Virus record (IMG/VR): IMGVR_UViG_3300037961_005793
Coordinates: 16,884 to 80,883 of that record
Source: a virus
Reading direction: 5' to 3' (one strand)
Length of the DNA stretch: 64,000 bases
Made by a program: the position numbers and the translations under genes. How positions within the stretch are numbered: position 1 is the first letter of the stretch; each line of letters opens with the position of its first letter. The notes under the pieces were generated by a model. That model was not told the origin of the DNA. It saw nothing but the letters and a program-made list of their open reading frames with translations, and made no database searches. Positions 28,532-37,144 of this stretch are shown piece after piece.

Positions 28532-28861
28532 ATGTCATCTCTCACAATCAAGACAAACAATCATCCACGCCAGCTTATGTCTGGTCTCACGCTAGATCTG
28601 CATGTGGGTGAGAAGAAGGCTGTTGAGATTCGTCAGCAGTTTGATTACCTGAACGACGAAGAATTTGAGAACGAAGACTTCATAACTTACAAAGGTTATA
28701 CATATGCTATGTGTGACTTTATGCGAAACAATGATCATCCTGACAGCGAGTTTGCAAAGTGGGATGGGTATCACGCTGACTCTTATTTCAGCGGAGTTCT
28801 TCTCAAATATGTAGAAGATTCTGACTACAACGAAGTTATTCTTGCCACCTATTTTTCTTGA
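28532..28861 (+). CDS. Early phage hypothetical protein
   Basis: WDGY..DSYFSGVL motif. Confidence 0.75.
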   Translation: MSSLTIKTNNHPRQLMSGLTLDLHVGEKKAVEIRQQFDYLNDEEFENEDFITYKGYTYAMCDFMRNNDHPDSEFAKWDGYHADSYFSGVLLKYVEDSDYNEVILATYFS

Positions 28862-28863
28862 TC

Positions 28864-29046
28864 ATGGCTTCAACTTACATCACCAAAGCCCAGCGCAAAA
28901 TCTTGATCGACTCTTATATAGAGTGCGCTGACGAGATGGGTCTTGATGACCTGGATGAAACTCAAGCAAGACTTGAGAAGCTAAGCAACACAAAGCTCAT
29001 CGCAGAATGTGTTGCATTTGTGCCTGATTGCATGGAGGAAATTTGA
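28864..29046 (+). CDS. Small early protein
   Basis: TGATCATG-coupled ORF. Confidence 0.65.
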   Translation: MASTYITKAQRKILIDSYIECADEMGLDDLDETQARLEKLSNTKLIAECVAFVPDCMEEI

Positions 29047-29048
29047 TC

Positions 29049-29198
29049 ATGATTATTGAATTAAACAACGACGAGATCGAACTTCTTTATTACTGTCTGG
29101 AACAACAGGAGTATGAATTCAACTTTGACGAACAAACATTGTGTAATCAAATGATTTGTAAGTTTCAAACTGCTCAAGCAAACTCGACTGAATCATGA
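29049..29198 (+). CDS. 49-aa acidic early protein
   Basis: MIIELNNDEIELLYYCLEQ...; coupled at both ends; read manually. Confidence 0.65.
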   Translation: MIIELNNDEIELLYYCLEQQEYEFNFDEQTLCNQMICKFQTAQANSTES

Positions 29199-29407
29199 AC
29201 ATCCAACTGAACTACGATCAGATTCTGACTGTTACTCTTCCTGATGGTCAGACTGTCGAGATTGACGCTCGATCCCGTGCCGAAACTGACATTTATGTCA
29301 ACAATCCGCATGGTGATTGCTATGAGTCACTAAGCTTTGCAGAGTGGCAAGACGATCAACCTGATCCCTCTCTGTCTGCCACTGAACGTAACCCTAACCT
29401 CCGCTGA
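29195..29407 (+). CDS. Small early protein
   Basis: Coupled ORF. Confidence 0.65.
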   Translation: MNIQLNYDQILTVTLPDGQTVEIDARSRAETDIYVNNPHGDCYESLSFAEWQDDQPDPSLSATERNPNLR

Positions 29408-29409
29408 TC

Positions 29410-29694
29410 ATGACTCCTGAACAACGCAACCAGCTGATCAAGGACTACTGCTATGCAGCTGTGATGGATTTATCTGTCAACGAACTGTGCGAATTTGTCG
29501 TTGAGCTGATGATTGATGGCTTTGCTGAAACCTCAGATGCAGATCTGATCAAGCAAGTGAAAGCAAACTATCCCGAAGTTTTCGAGGACAATGATGATGA
29601 CGATGCTGATGTTGGCTCTGTTGTAATTAAATCTAAGCCTGCACCTGTTTCAAAATCTGCACCACCTTGGGCACCTAAAGGATTCAAGAATTGA
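29410..29694 (+). CDS. Small acidic early protein
   Basis: Coupled ORF. Confidence 0.65.
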   Translation: MTPEQRNQLIKDYCYAAVMDLSVNELCEFVVELMIDGFAETSDADLIKQVKANYPEVFEDNDDDDADVGSVVIKSKPAPVSKSAPPWAPKGFKN

Positions 29695-29954
29695 CCATGG
29701 ATTTACAACAACGTTACCAAGAGTATTTAAGTGACTTTGATCCCACGCCTCAGTATCTCTACGACGAACCTTATTCGCCGCTTGAGTATGAAGAATGGGT
29801 CGAAGAATCACACCCTGAGATGCTCACACAGTTGACTTATTCGCAACTGAATGATGCACACCATCAAACGTTAGTTGCTGATGCACACACTCCCATGTGG
29901 TGCAGATACTTCTACGCTTACCTGGAATTTATCACGGACAATGATCATGACTGA
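29691..29954 (+). CDS. Small acidic early protein
   Basis: Coupled ORF; likely ATG 29697. Confidence 0.6.
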   Translation: MTMDLQQRYQEYLSDFDPTPQYLYDEPYSPLEYEEWVEESHPEMLTQLTYSQLNDAHHQTLVADAHTPMWCRYFYAYLEFITDNDHD

Positions 29955-30171
29955 CAAGAATTCTCCGCTGACTGTGGATGAGATCAGCAAAGCTGCTGAT
30001 GAATTCTTTCCTCTCTTCAATGAGATTCTGACTCGTATGCCAGACGGTTCAAAGATCGAAGACACTCTCAAAGTTATGGAGAATGTCGCTCGTGTTGCAC
30101 AGCGCAATCGTGCTGAGGAACGTGAGAAGTTTGGCTTTAACAAACTGAACGGAGGTAATGCTGATGGCTAA
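29947..30171 (+). CDS. Small early protein
   Basis: MTDKNSPLT...EDTLKVME.VA...GF, cyanophage-type pattern. Confidence 0.7.
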   Translation: MTDKNSPLTVDEISKAADEFFPLFNEILTRMPDGSKIEDTLKVMENVARVAQRNRAEEREKFGFNKLNGGNADG

Positions 30172-30352
30172 GAGAATCAAACGCATCATTATCACTCGCA
30201 CGATTGTTTACGACCGTGTTGTATTTGATCAGAAGCAAGGTATCACCGACGACGAACAGTTTGTTCGATGGGTGAACGACGTTGCTGATGATGATTTCAA
30301 GTATCCATCTAATTTCACAGAAGACTTTTCACTTCAACAATCAAATGGCTAA
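30158..30352 (+). CDS. Small early protein
   Basis: Coupled ORF. Confidence 0.55.
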   Translation: MLMAKRIKRIIITRTIVYDRVVFDQKQGITDDEQFVRWVNDVADDDFKYPSNFTEDFSLQQSNG

Positions 30353-31037
30353 ACCAAACGGCTACGTTCTTCAGCGTGGTTTCTCTCCTATTGACGGGAA
30401 ACCTTTCGTGGTGATCATGACCATGAACAGCAACAATCGCAAGACCGGGAAGATGCTTCAGGTCTGGATTCTTAACGAGAGTGTGAATCCTGTGGAAGCT
30501 ATCGCAACAGGAGCAGACTACACAATCTGCGGAGATTGCCCACACCGCAAGCAATCTGACGGTTCACGCTCTTGTTATGTAAATGTGGGTCAGGCCCCAA
30601 ACAGTATCTGGAAAGCTTACAAACGTGGTAGCTACGGCAACTTGTCCGACCTTGATCTGGCTGACATCAAAGGCAAGCGCATCAGGTGGGGAGCTTACGG
30701 CGATCCATCCATCATCGATCGCTACTTAGTTAAAGCACTCAATAAACATGCTGCTGGTCACACTGGTTACACACATCAGTGGAGACAACCATGGGCACAA
30801 TGGTGCAAAGGTTTGTTTCAAGCATCGTGTGATGGCATGGCTGACTACTTAGATGCAACAGCTCACGGCTGGAAAACATTTGCTGTGATCCCGCAAGGTG
30901 GTGAGGCATACAGTGGTAAACTCTGCCCTGCCACGGCTGACAACAGTCAGGCAACTTGTGCGACATGTAAGCTCTGCGATGGTGCCAAGACTGACATCTT
31001 CGTAGAGGCTCACGGGACTGGCGCTAAGTACGTCTAA
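30345..31037 (+). CDS. Cys-rich, probably Fe-S/metal-binding enzyme (gp88-like)
   Basis: N.KTG, CGDCPH...CYV, RWGAYGDP, GYTHQW and CPA...CATCKLC motifs. Confidence 0.7.
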   Translation: MAKPNGYVLQRGFSPIDGKPFVVIMTMNSNNRKTGKMLQVWILNESVNPVEAIATGADYTICGDCPHRKQSDGSRSCYVNVGQAPNSIWKAYKRGSYGNLSDLDLADIKGKRIRWGAYGDPSIIDRYLVKALNKHAAGHTGYTHQWRQPWAQWCKGLFQASCDGMADYLDATAHGWKTFAVIPQGGEAYSGKLCPATADNSQATCATCKLCDGAKTDIFVEAHGTGAKYV

Positions 31038-31085
31038 CCGTAGATCTCATTACTCTCTTCTCTCTAGTATTAACTTGGTTCAATT

Positions 31086-31280
31086 ATGGGAATGATCATG
31101 GATCTTTCTACAACAGAAGCTAACTTTCTTGCACATGCTGTTGAAGTTTGGTCGGGTGTCCAGCCAGGAGAGAAGGACGGCAAGCTAACCTACATCGACA
31201 CGAAGGACGAGAAGATCTTGCTCACCAGTGACGAGATCGAATCCCTTTACAAACGACTCGAATTCAGGAGCTGCACTTGA
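31086..31280 (+). CDS. Small early protein
   Basis: ORF in co-directional cluster. Confidence 0.55.
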   Translation: MGMIMDLSTTEANFLAHAVEVWSGVQPGEKDGKLTYIDTKDEKILLTSDEIESLYKRLEFRSCT

Positions 31281-31489
31281 AACGCAACCACAGAGCTAAG
31301 ACGGTTCTTTATATCCAGAAGCGCAGTTTTAACTCAGCAGGCAGGGTTCAAATTGAAACTGTCGCTGAGTGCAAAACTAACAAGGAGGCCATCAAACTTA
31401 TCAACAAATTCTCCTCTGAGGATCCCAACGCAAAGTATTACACAATGCACCGTCCTTGTGACGCGTACATAAATCAAACCAACACCTAA
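31277..31489 (+). CDS. Small early protein
   Basis: Coupled ORF. Confidence 0.55.
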   Translation: MKRNHRAKTVLYIQKRSFNSAGRVQIETVAECKTNKEAIKLINKFSSEDPNAKYYTMHRPCDAYINQTNT

Positions 31490-31495
31490 TTTCAA

Positions 31496-31774
31496 ATGGC
31501 TAAAACTTACAAACTTCCGATGTCTCGTGAAGACTGGCAGTGTTACTTAGACACACCGCAAGAAGTTGTTGATCTGATCAACACCAGCTGCCAGCGAGCA
31601 CTCAAAGCATCACAAGATCCGCACACAGGTCTACGCCGTGTTTACATGGTTCTGAATGACTTCGTGGAGTTCGGTCTGCGAGACACAGAGTGTGACCACG
31701 TTGCTGTTGCTGTGGTTAACGCACACTTCAAAGATCAACCTGACGTCAACAGGTATTCAGTTGGTTTCGTTTGA
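31496..31774 (+). CDS. Small early protein
   Basis: FGLRDTE motif. Confidence 0.65.
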   Translation: MAKTYKLPMSREDWQCYLDTPQEVVDLINTSCQRALKASQDPHTGLRRVYMVLNDFVEFGLRDTECDHVAVAVVNAHFKDQPDVNRYSVGFV

Positions 31775-31784
31775 ACATCATCAC

Positions 31785-31814
31785 TTGACACCATCTGCAT
31801 TTTGCTTTTATATT
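31785..31814 (+). promoter_or_regulatory. Sigma70-type promoter
   Basis: TTGACA-N18-TATATT in intergenic DNA. Confidence 0.65.
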
Positions 31815-31845
31815 GCCAACGTTGGCACAATCCCATCAAAACAAC

Positions 31846-31962
31846 ATGACCTTACGCTCCTGGCGCATCAGTGAGAACAACTTCGTGACGACTGACATCT
31901 ACAAGTCACCACGCTTGCGTCACACTCTCGCTCGTTTCATTGCACGTTTGCTCCGTATCTAA
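31846..31962 (+). CDS. 38-aa basic microprotein
   Basis: MTLRSWRISENNF...ARLLRI; read manually; TAATCATG-coupled to the next gene. Confidence 0.55.
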   Translation: MTLRSWRISENNFVTTDIYKSPRLRHTLARFIARLLRI

Positions 31963-31964
31963 TC

Positions 31965-32141
31965 ATGAAACTAACTAAGTACGACATCAACTTGCTCATT
32001 CAGAAACTTGATGATGATCTTGATGAACTGAGGAAAGGTAACTGGTGGTCAGTTGCTGCTGCTCAGGCACAGATCGTTGAGATTCAAAGCAAGTTGTACA
32101 ACCATCTCGTGGAAGTTTTGGAGGAGGATCCAGGCGAATGA
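31965..32141 (+). CDS. 58-aa helical protein
   Basis: MKLTKYDINLLIQKL...; coupled at both ends; read manually. Confidence 0.65.
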   Translation: MKLTKYDINLLIQKLDDDLDELRKGNWWSVAAAQAQIVEIQSKLYNHLVEVLEEDPGE

Positions 32142-32548
32142 CAACTAAGATCGACGAGAAACTCTCAAATGCAATTCTCACAGGGTGTGATCTCAAGGCC
32201 AGCAAGTACCGAGTGGATCACTTTAAGTTCCCTTGGCTACCTGAGACTGAGATACAATCTCGCATCGACATCTACTTCCAAGACAAACGCATCGTTGAGA
32301 TAACTGACGAACACGTCAGGATGAATCACCAGGGCTTTAACACTCAAGCTTTTGCATCTCGCTTGCGGTGCATTTTCAAAACGGCTTGTGACAATCTCCA
32401 CGACATCCAATATGGAAACGGGAGGATCTATGTTAGAACACCGAGTGATGTAGAAGGTATTCAATACAACTTCTACTTACTTGATCAAGATCCAAACTGG
32501 GTCACAGTCAGACGCCCTTCACACAAAGAATCTAATGTCAACGACTGA
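32138..32548 (+). CDS. Hypothetical protein
   Basis: Coupled ORF; possible distant paralog of 28191-28526 (GFNTQAFASRL vs GYQTRTTKSRL). Confidence 0.65.
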   Translation: MTTKIDEKLSNAILTGCDLKASKYRVDHFKFPWLPETEIQSRIDIYFQDKRIVEITDEHVRMNHQGFNTQAFASRLRCIFKTACDNLHDIQYGNGRIYVRTPSDVEGIQYNFYLLDQDPNWVTVRRPSHKESNVND

Positions 32549-32738
32549 TGAGGTTTACACAGAGGCAATTCTGTTCATGCTCGATAGCATCGCGCCTACC
32601 GAACGCTTGAACATCAAGAATGATCTGAAGCTTAAGCTCGAACGAGCATACGAACTACAGCCTTCAACCCTTGCTGGACTGAAGGCTCTAGAACGTATTC
32701 TTTTGGCGTCAGACTTCTCACGCCAGCTCAGTGGTTAA
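32535..32738 (+). CDS. Hypothetical protein
   Basis: In-frame ATG 32535. Confidence 0.5.
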   Translation: MSTTDEVYTEAILFMLDSIAPTERLNIKNDLKLKLERAYELQPSTLAGLKALERILLASDFSRQLSG

Positions 32739-32885
32739 CTTCACGTAAGGGACACCGCGATAGACGAGAACTTGTTCTTTGACCACAGCGTTCTCCATCA
32801 TCATGCGGTCGAGTTGGTTTTTCACTTCAGCGCGATGGGCACGAGCCTTGTTGCGGTTGAGGTGAAGCAGGAAAGCAGCGTTCAT
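32718..32885 (-). CDS. 55-aa DUF4278-like protein
   Basis: MNAAFLLHLNRNKARAHRAEVKNQLDRMMMENAVVKEQVLVYRGVPYVKLTTELA; LxYRGVxY motif; missing from ORF track. Confidence 0.7.
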   Translation of the reverse strand: MNAAFLLHLNRNKARAHRAEVKNQLDRMMMENAVVKEQVLVYRGVPYVKLTTELA

Positions 32886-32899
32886 GACGTTTGCAAACT

Positions 32900-32913
32900 G
32901 TAGTAATTGCTAC
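32900..32913. promoter_or_regulatory. NtcA-type box overlapping the putative -10 of the DUF4278-like gene
   Basis: GTA-GTAATTGC-TAC; minus-strand TG-T-TAAAGT overlaps it. Confidence 0.5.
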
Positions 32914-32957
32914 TTTAACACTGCACATTCTTCTTTGTAGTTCACTCTGTAACACAA

Positions 32958-33176
32958 ATGAACAACCAAAACCTATCACCATTTTTCACGTTTGGTCTCG
33001 CGGGACTGGCAGGATTTGTCCTTTGCATGGCAACCACGCGGATCATGGTTGAAGTAGCAAACTCGAAAGCTCGACAAGAATGTCGGGTCAACCATCATCG
33101 CAGATACATTTACATGCACACTGTCGTCGGTGACACCTGGCACTGCGTACCTGCTCACTTCTTCCATCAAGAATGA
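32958..33176 (+). CDS. Small membrane-anchored protein
   Basis: N-terminal transmembrane segment, C...VGDTWHC. Confidence 0.65.
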   Translation: MNNQNLSPFFTFGLAGLAGFVLCMATTRIMVEVANSKARQECRVNHHRRYIYMHTVVGDTWHCVPAHFFHQE

Positions 33177-33502
33177 TGAAATTGTCTCAACTCATGCGAA
33201 TTGTTGACGAGCACAAACTTACACCGTCTGCGATGCGTTTGTTCTTTCTTGTCTGTGAAGAATATCCTGTGGGTGTTGACCAGTCTCAAGTTGCTAAATA
33301 CCCTCCCACGCTCGGTATGTCTGCATCTTCAATTGGACGACACCTTCGCAAGTTCGAAGAGCTGGGTTGGCTGAAACGGTCTCTCGTAGATAAGAAATCA
33401 TTTCAAATTGATCTAACTCATCGAGGTTTAACTCTGTGGCATCAATTCTCAGACTATAGTGTTCCCGAGATCACCCACGCTCACATAAATGATCCTGCCT
33501 GA
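33173..33502 (+). CDS. MarR-like winged-helix protein
   Basis: SASSIGRHLRKFEELGWL...LTHRG. Confidence 0.75.
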   Translation: MMKLSQLMRIVDEHKLTPSAMRLFFLVCEEYPVGVDQSQVAKYPPTLGMSASSIGRHLRKFEELGWLKRSLVDKKSFQIDLTHRGLTLWHQFSDYSVPEITHAHINDPA

Positions 33503-34007
33503 TTTCGAAATTGCTCGTATGTGTTTGGGCGGATTAGTAACTCCTTTTGACTCGACACTAATCAACCCGGCATCACTCGATGTTCGTCTGGGCGACAAGG
33601 TTTTACTCGAAGTCGAAGATCAAAGAAACTTCAGAGCATTTGATATCTCTATTTACAACCGAGACACACCCTTTTTACTTGATCCAGGAGAGTTTATTTT
33701 GGCTCACACTCTTGAAACTTTTAACGTCCCTGATGACGTAGCGGGTCAGTTTGCACTCAAAAGCTCAGTTGCGAGGAGCGGAATCGAACATTTGATGGCC
33801 GGTTATATAGATCCTGGATTTAACAATAGTGTTCTTACGCTTGAGTTAAAGAACGCAAGAAGAAGTCATCCAGTGTTCTTGTGGCCTGGGATGCGGATTG
33901 GTCAAATCATTTGGCAAAGAATGGCAGCGACACCGACAACAAGTTACCGAGAGTCAGGTAGGTACAACGGAGACAAGTCAGTCACAGCATCAAAAGGACT
34001 TCTATAG
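33489..34007 (+). CDS. dcd: dCTP deaminase
   Basis: NPASLDVRLG, KSSVARSG, GYIDPGF, LTLEL and GMRIGQ motifs. Confidence 0.92.
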   Translation: MILPDFEIARMCLGGLVTPFDSTLINPASLDVRLGDKVLLEVEDQRNFRAFDISIYNRDTPFLLDPGEFILAHTLETFNVPDDVAGQFALKSSVARSGIEHLMAGYIDPGFNNSVLTLELKNARRSHPVFLWPGMRIGQIIWQRMAATPTTSYRESGRYNGDKSVTASKGLL

Positions 34008-34183
34008 GAGTCTCGTGCGAACGACGGACGGTCTTGAGGTATTTAATAGACCTCAGCTTATTTAACTAACGTAAACAAACGTCAATCGATGGTAAACAAT
34101 CTCTTGTATAGAAAAGTTTTTTTATTAACACTTTTGAGTTTGGTATCTCATCACGGTATCCGTAGTTACATCCTGTAAAATGC

Positions 34184-34212
34184 TTGACACCAGCTAACTC
34201 CTGGCATACACT
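34184..34212 (+). promoter_or_regulatory. Sigma70-type promoter of the MoxR-VWA operon
   Basis: TTGACA-N17-TACACT. Confidence 0.75.
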
Positions 34213-34262
34213 GCTCTCAGTGACAAACCAAGTCACTCAAATGTACATCAACAGTCTTTTGT

Positions 34263-34676
34263 ATGAAACTCTCTGAACTCATCAACCGAGGTCACGACAC
34301 TGCTCTTAAGTGGAGCGAGTGCGACGAAGCATTGGTGGCCGTAAACGAAACTTTCGGTGAGCCCTACGAGTCAGCTCGCAAAGCTCTTCACAACGATCTT
34401 TTGGTTGCCACGTCGCGTGAGATTCCTCTCGATACTTTCAAAGGAGATAACAATCCGCTTCGCTTTGAAGACCTCAAAGTGCTTGTGGTTGTAAAACCTT
34501 CGCTCGTACCCGCACCAGATAAGAAACTCGAAAACATCGACACAAGAATCGAAAGGCTCGAACAAGAGTTGAAACTCGCTCGAACCGAGCGCAAGTCGAT
34601 CATCGAGAAGCTCAAGATCAAAGATCATGAGTTTGTTATCAGTCAAATCAGCACACAATTCCGCCACATCAAATGA
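34263..34676 (+). CDS. Hypothetical coiled-coil protein
   Basis: First gene after the promoter. Confidence 0.7.
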   Translation: MKLSELINRGHDTALKWSECDEALVAVNETFGEPYESARKALHNDLLVATSREIPLDTFKGDNNPLRFEDLKVLVVVKPSLVPAPDKKLENIDTRIERLEQELKLARTERKSIIEKLKIKDHEFVISQISTQFRHIK

Positions 34677-35881
34677 ACCAAGATCAAGTTTTCATTCTTC
34701 ACTGCTCGATCAGCGCAAGTGTTCGGCAGAGTGTACAGATTGCTTTCGAAGACTACAAACTTCCTCAGGATGTTGTAGAGACACTTCGGGAAGCTAACTC
34801 AATCTCGATTCGACCCAACCTTTCTCAAGCACTTAAGAAATCACTTGATGAGCTTCGGCTCATGCAAAGATATCTTTACGACCGATGCACTATTCACCAC
34901 GGTGATGTTCACTTTCTCCACGCTGATTATTTCGACGAAGCAAAGCAACGCATCGAAGAAATCAAGGAGCATGCATCAACTTCTAATGCCAAACTTCGTG
35001 AAGCGTGGGCTGAAGAACTAGAGAAGTGGAAACAAACAGTTGATAACTTCTTCTCTCCTTTATTTACAGACGAAGAACAGTTAGCGTTGGTAAGAGAAGC
35101 GTATCTACGCATCTTCCCGACACAGAAAGAATACAGTAATCCTATTTCTGTAAACGTCGTTGGTCCTTACCCAGCTGTTATTGAACGTTGTGATGACCCG
35201 CAAGATGTTCAACAGATTATCGCCAACGAAGCTTCGATAAATACTGAGCAGGTTCTCAAAGCCGCCCGAGAGGGAGCAGTTGATTCGAGTCTGGGTAAAA
35301 TCGCAGAGCTTCTGGACGATTTGGATGCACGCCCTGCAAACAAAGTAGGAGAGCGAGTGCTTAGCGATAACCCTAAGAAGCGGGGTACGTGGCAAATAAT
35401 CGCACAAGAGATATCTCTTGCTGCTAAACACAATCCAATGCTCGTGGACATGGCGAAGCTTTGTGAAGACCTTCTCAAAGTTGGAGAACTTATGCGCGAT
35501 CCGTCGTCTGGTTCAGTCAGAGCTGCTGCGTTTCAACGTTATACAGATGTCAGGCAAGACATCGCAGATGAAGCTAAGAACCTTATGCTCAAGGCTTCGT
35601 CATCTAAGGGTCTTGAACAACTTCAAAAATCCGTTGCTTTGACTGGAACTTACCAGTCACTGATTGGAGACCTCGCTGGTTGTCAGACAGAAGAAGAGTT
35701 AACTCTTCTGAAAGATAAGATTGACACAGAAACATCTATCTACAAACACCGTGCGAAACATCTTTCGAGGCTTCTTCAGAAGGTTGAGGAACGAATGGCT
35801 TTATCTGACGCTATCGCCGACGCTACTGTTTCTCTACAGGAAGCCATCGACGAAAACAAATCGTTCGAGGTAGATTTCTGA
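34673..35881 (+). CDS. Helical protein, DUF3150-like candidate
   Basis: 402 aa all-helical pattern; adjacent to MoxR/VWA. Confidence 0.55.
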   Translation: MNQDQVFILHCSISASVRQSVQIAFEDYKLPQDVVETLREANSISIRPNLSQALKKSLDELRLMQRYLYDRCTIHHGDVHFLHADYFDEAKQRIEEIKEHASTSNAKLREAWAEELEKWKQTVDNFFSPLFTDEEQLALVREAYLRIFPTQKEYSNPISVNVVGPYPAVIERCDDPQDVQQIIANEASINTEQVLKAAREGAVDSSLGKIAELLDDLDARPANKVGERVLSDNPKKRGTWQIIAQEISLAAKHNPMLVDMAKLCEDLLKVGELMRDPSSGSVRAAAFQRYTDVRQDIADEAKNLMLKASSSKGLEQLQKSVALTGTYQSLIGDLAGCQTEEELTLLKDKIDTETSIYKHRAKHLSRLLQKVEERMALSDAIADATVSLQEAIDENKSFEVDF

Positions 35882-35902
35882 GTCGACTTAGCTAAGTCGA
35901 CT
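35881..35902. repeat. Perfect 22-bp palindrome
   Basis: AGTCGACTTAGCTAAGTCGACT. Confidence 0.9.
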
Positions 35903-35938
35903 AAGCTCACCTGAAACTAATCACCCTTCATCAATCAA

Positions 35939-37144
35939 ATGAACAACACTTTGTTTACCAACTTCCAGAGCTTTCGTGCCTCACTGAACGGATCGTTCCT
36001 TGACAGATCAGATGTTATCGACGGTCTACTGACAAGCCTCATAACTAAACAGAATGCATTTTTGTTTGGTCCGCCAGGAACAGGTAAGTCTGAGCTGGTT
36101 CGTGCAATTACTGGTGGCTTCGACGGATCAAAGTATTTCGGGTATTTGCTGAGCCCAACCACAGATCCATCAGAACTGTATGGTCCTGTCGCTGTCAGCA
36201 AACTTCTCAAAGACGAGTACACCCGCGATGTTTCTGGTTATCTGCCAGATTGCAACGTTGCTTTTCTTGATGAGTTGTTCAGAGGTTCTTCAGCTGTCTT
36301 AAATTCCCTGCTGCAGATCCTGAACGAAAGAACATTTAATAACGGCAAGCAAGCTATCGACACTGAGATACAGTCGATCGTCGCTGCGACTAACTCGTTC
36401 CCAACTGAAGAAGCACTTCAGGCATTTTGTGATCGCTTCTTGTTTCGTCCAACAATTACTGGGTTGAAATCACCTACACATAAACGAACGCTCATGCGTT
36501 GGGCGGTGGCTCAGGACAACGAAAATAGTCGCCCTGAAGTTCAGTCAACTTTGACTTACAAAGATCTGGTTGAGCTTCAGAAACAAGCTGCGAAAACAAC
36601 TGTGCCTGATGCTTTCATCGATCAGTTTGCAGAAATCCTCGACATGTTGGAGTCACGAGGTATCTCAGTGTCTGATCGTCGACGAGTTCAAATTCTTTCT
36701 TTTATGAAAGGTTGGGCTGTCGTTCAGGGTGAGACAGAGGTCCACGCTGCCATGCTTCATCAGACCTTAAAACATATTATTTACACCAACCCTGACGAAA
36801 TTGAAGACATCAATGAGGTCGTTAAACAAGTTGTTCCAACTGCGGAAGAGTTTATGGCTGGTGTTAAAAGAGCAGCTCAAAATACCATGCGTAGATTCGA
36901 ATCGACTAAACAATCGATCAACGACAGAACTGCCAGTGTCGGTGATTTAAACCGAGCAGTCACAGAGTTCGGAGACATGCTTCGCGAGTTAAAGTTACTG
37001 AACCAAAAAGCAGAAGAAGAGTTAGATAACGGCAACCTTAAATTCACCGCAGCTGCACGCCTTAAGTTCACCAAAATTATTCGTGAACTTGACGTCAATA
37101 TCAGCACCATCACCACCACCATCTCACGTTTCAAAAACGATTGA
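35939..37144 (+). CDS. MoxR-family AAA+ ATPase (RavA-like)
   Basis: GPPGTGKS, TDPSELYGP, AFLDE, LNSLL.ILNER and DRF motifs. Confidence 0.9.
   Translation: MNNTLFTNFQSFRASLNGSFLDRSDVIDGLLTSLITKQNAFLFGPPGTGKSELVRAITGGFDGSKYFGYLLSPTTDPSELYGPVAVSKLLKDEYTRDVSGYLPDCNVAFLDELFRGSSAVLNSLLQILNERTFNNGKQAIDTEIQSIVAATNSFPTEEALQAFCDRFLFRPTITGLKSPTHKRTLMRWAVAQDNENSRPEVQSTLTYKDLVELQKQAAKTTVPDAFIDQFAEILDMLESRGISVSDRRRVQILSFMKGWAVVQGETEVHAAMLHQTLKHIIYTNPDEIEDINEVVKQVVPTAEEFMAGVKRAAQNTMRRFESTKQSINDRTASVGDLNRAVTEFGDMLRELKLLNQKAEEELDNGNLKFTAAARLKFTKIIRELDVNISTITTTISRFKND

Noticed and set aside
32886-32957. Glutamine riboswitch upstream of the DUF4278-like gene
   Set aside because: The leader is short and lacks the CGUU.../...AACG stem
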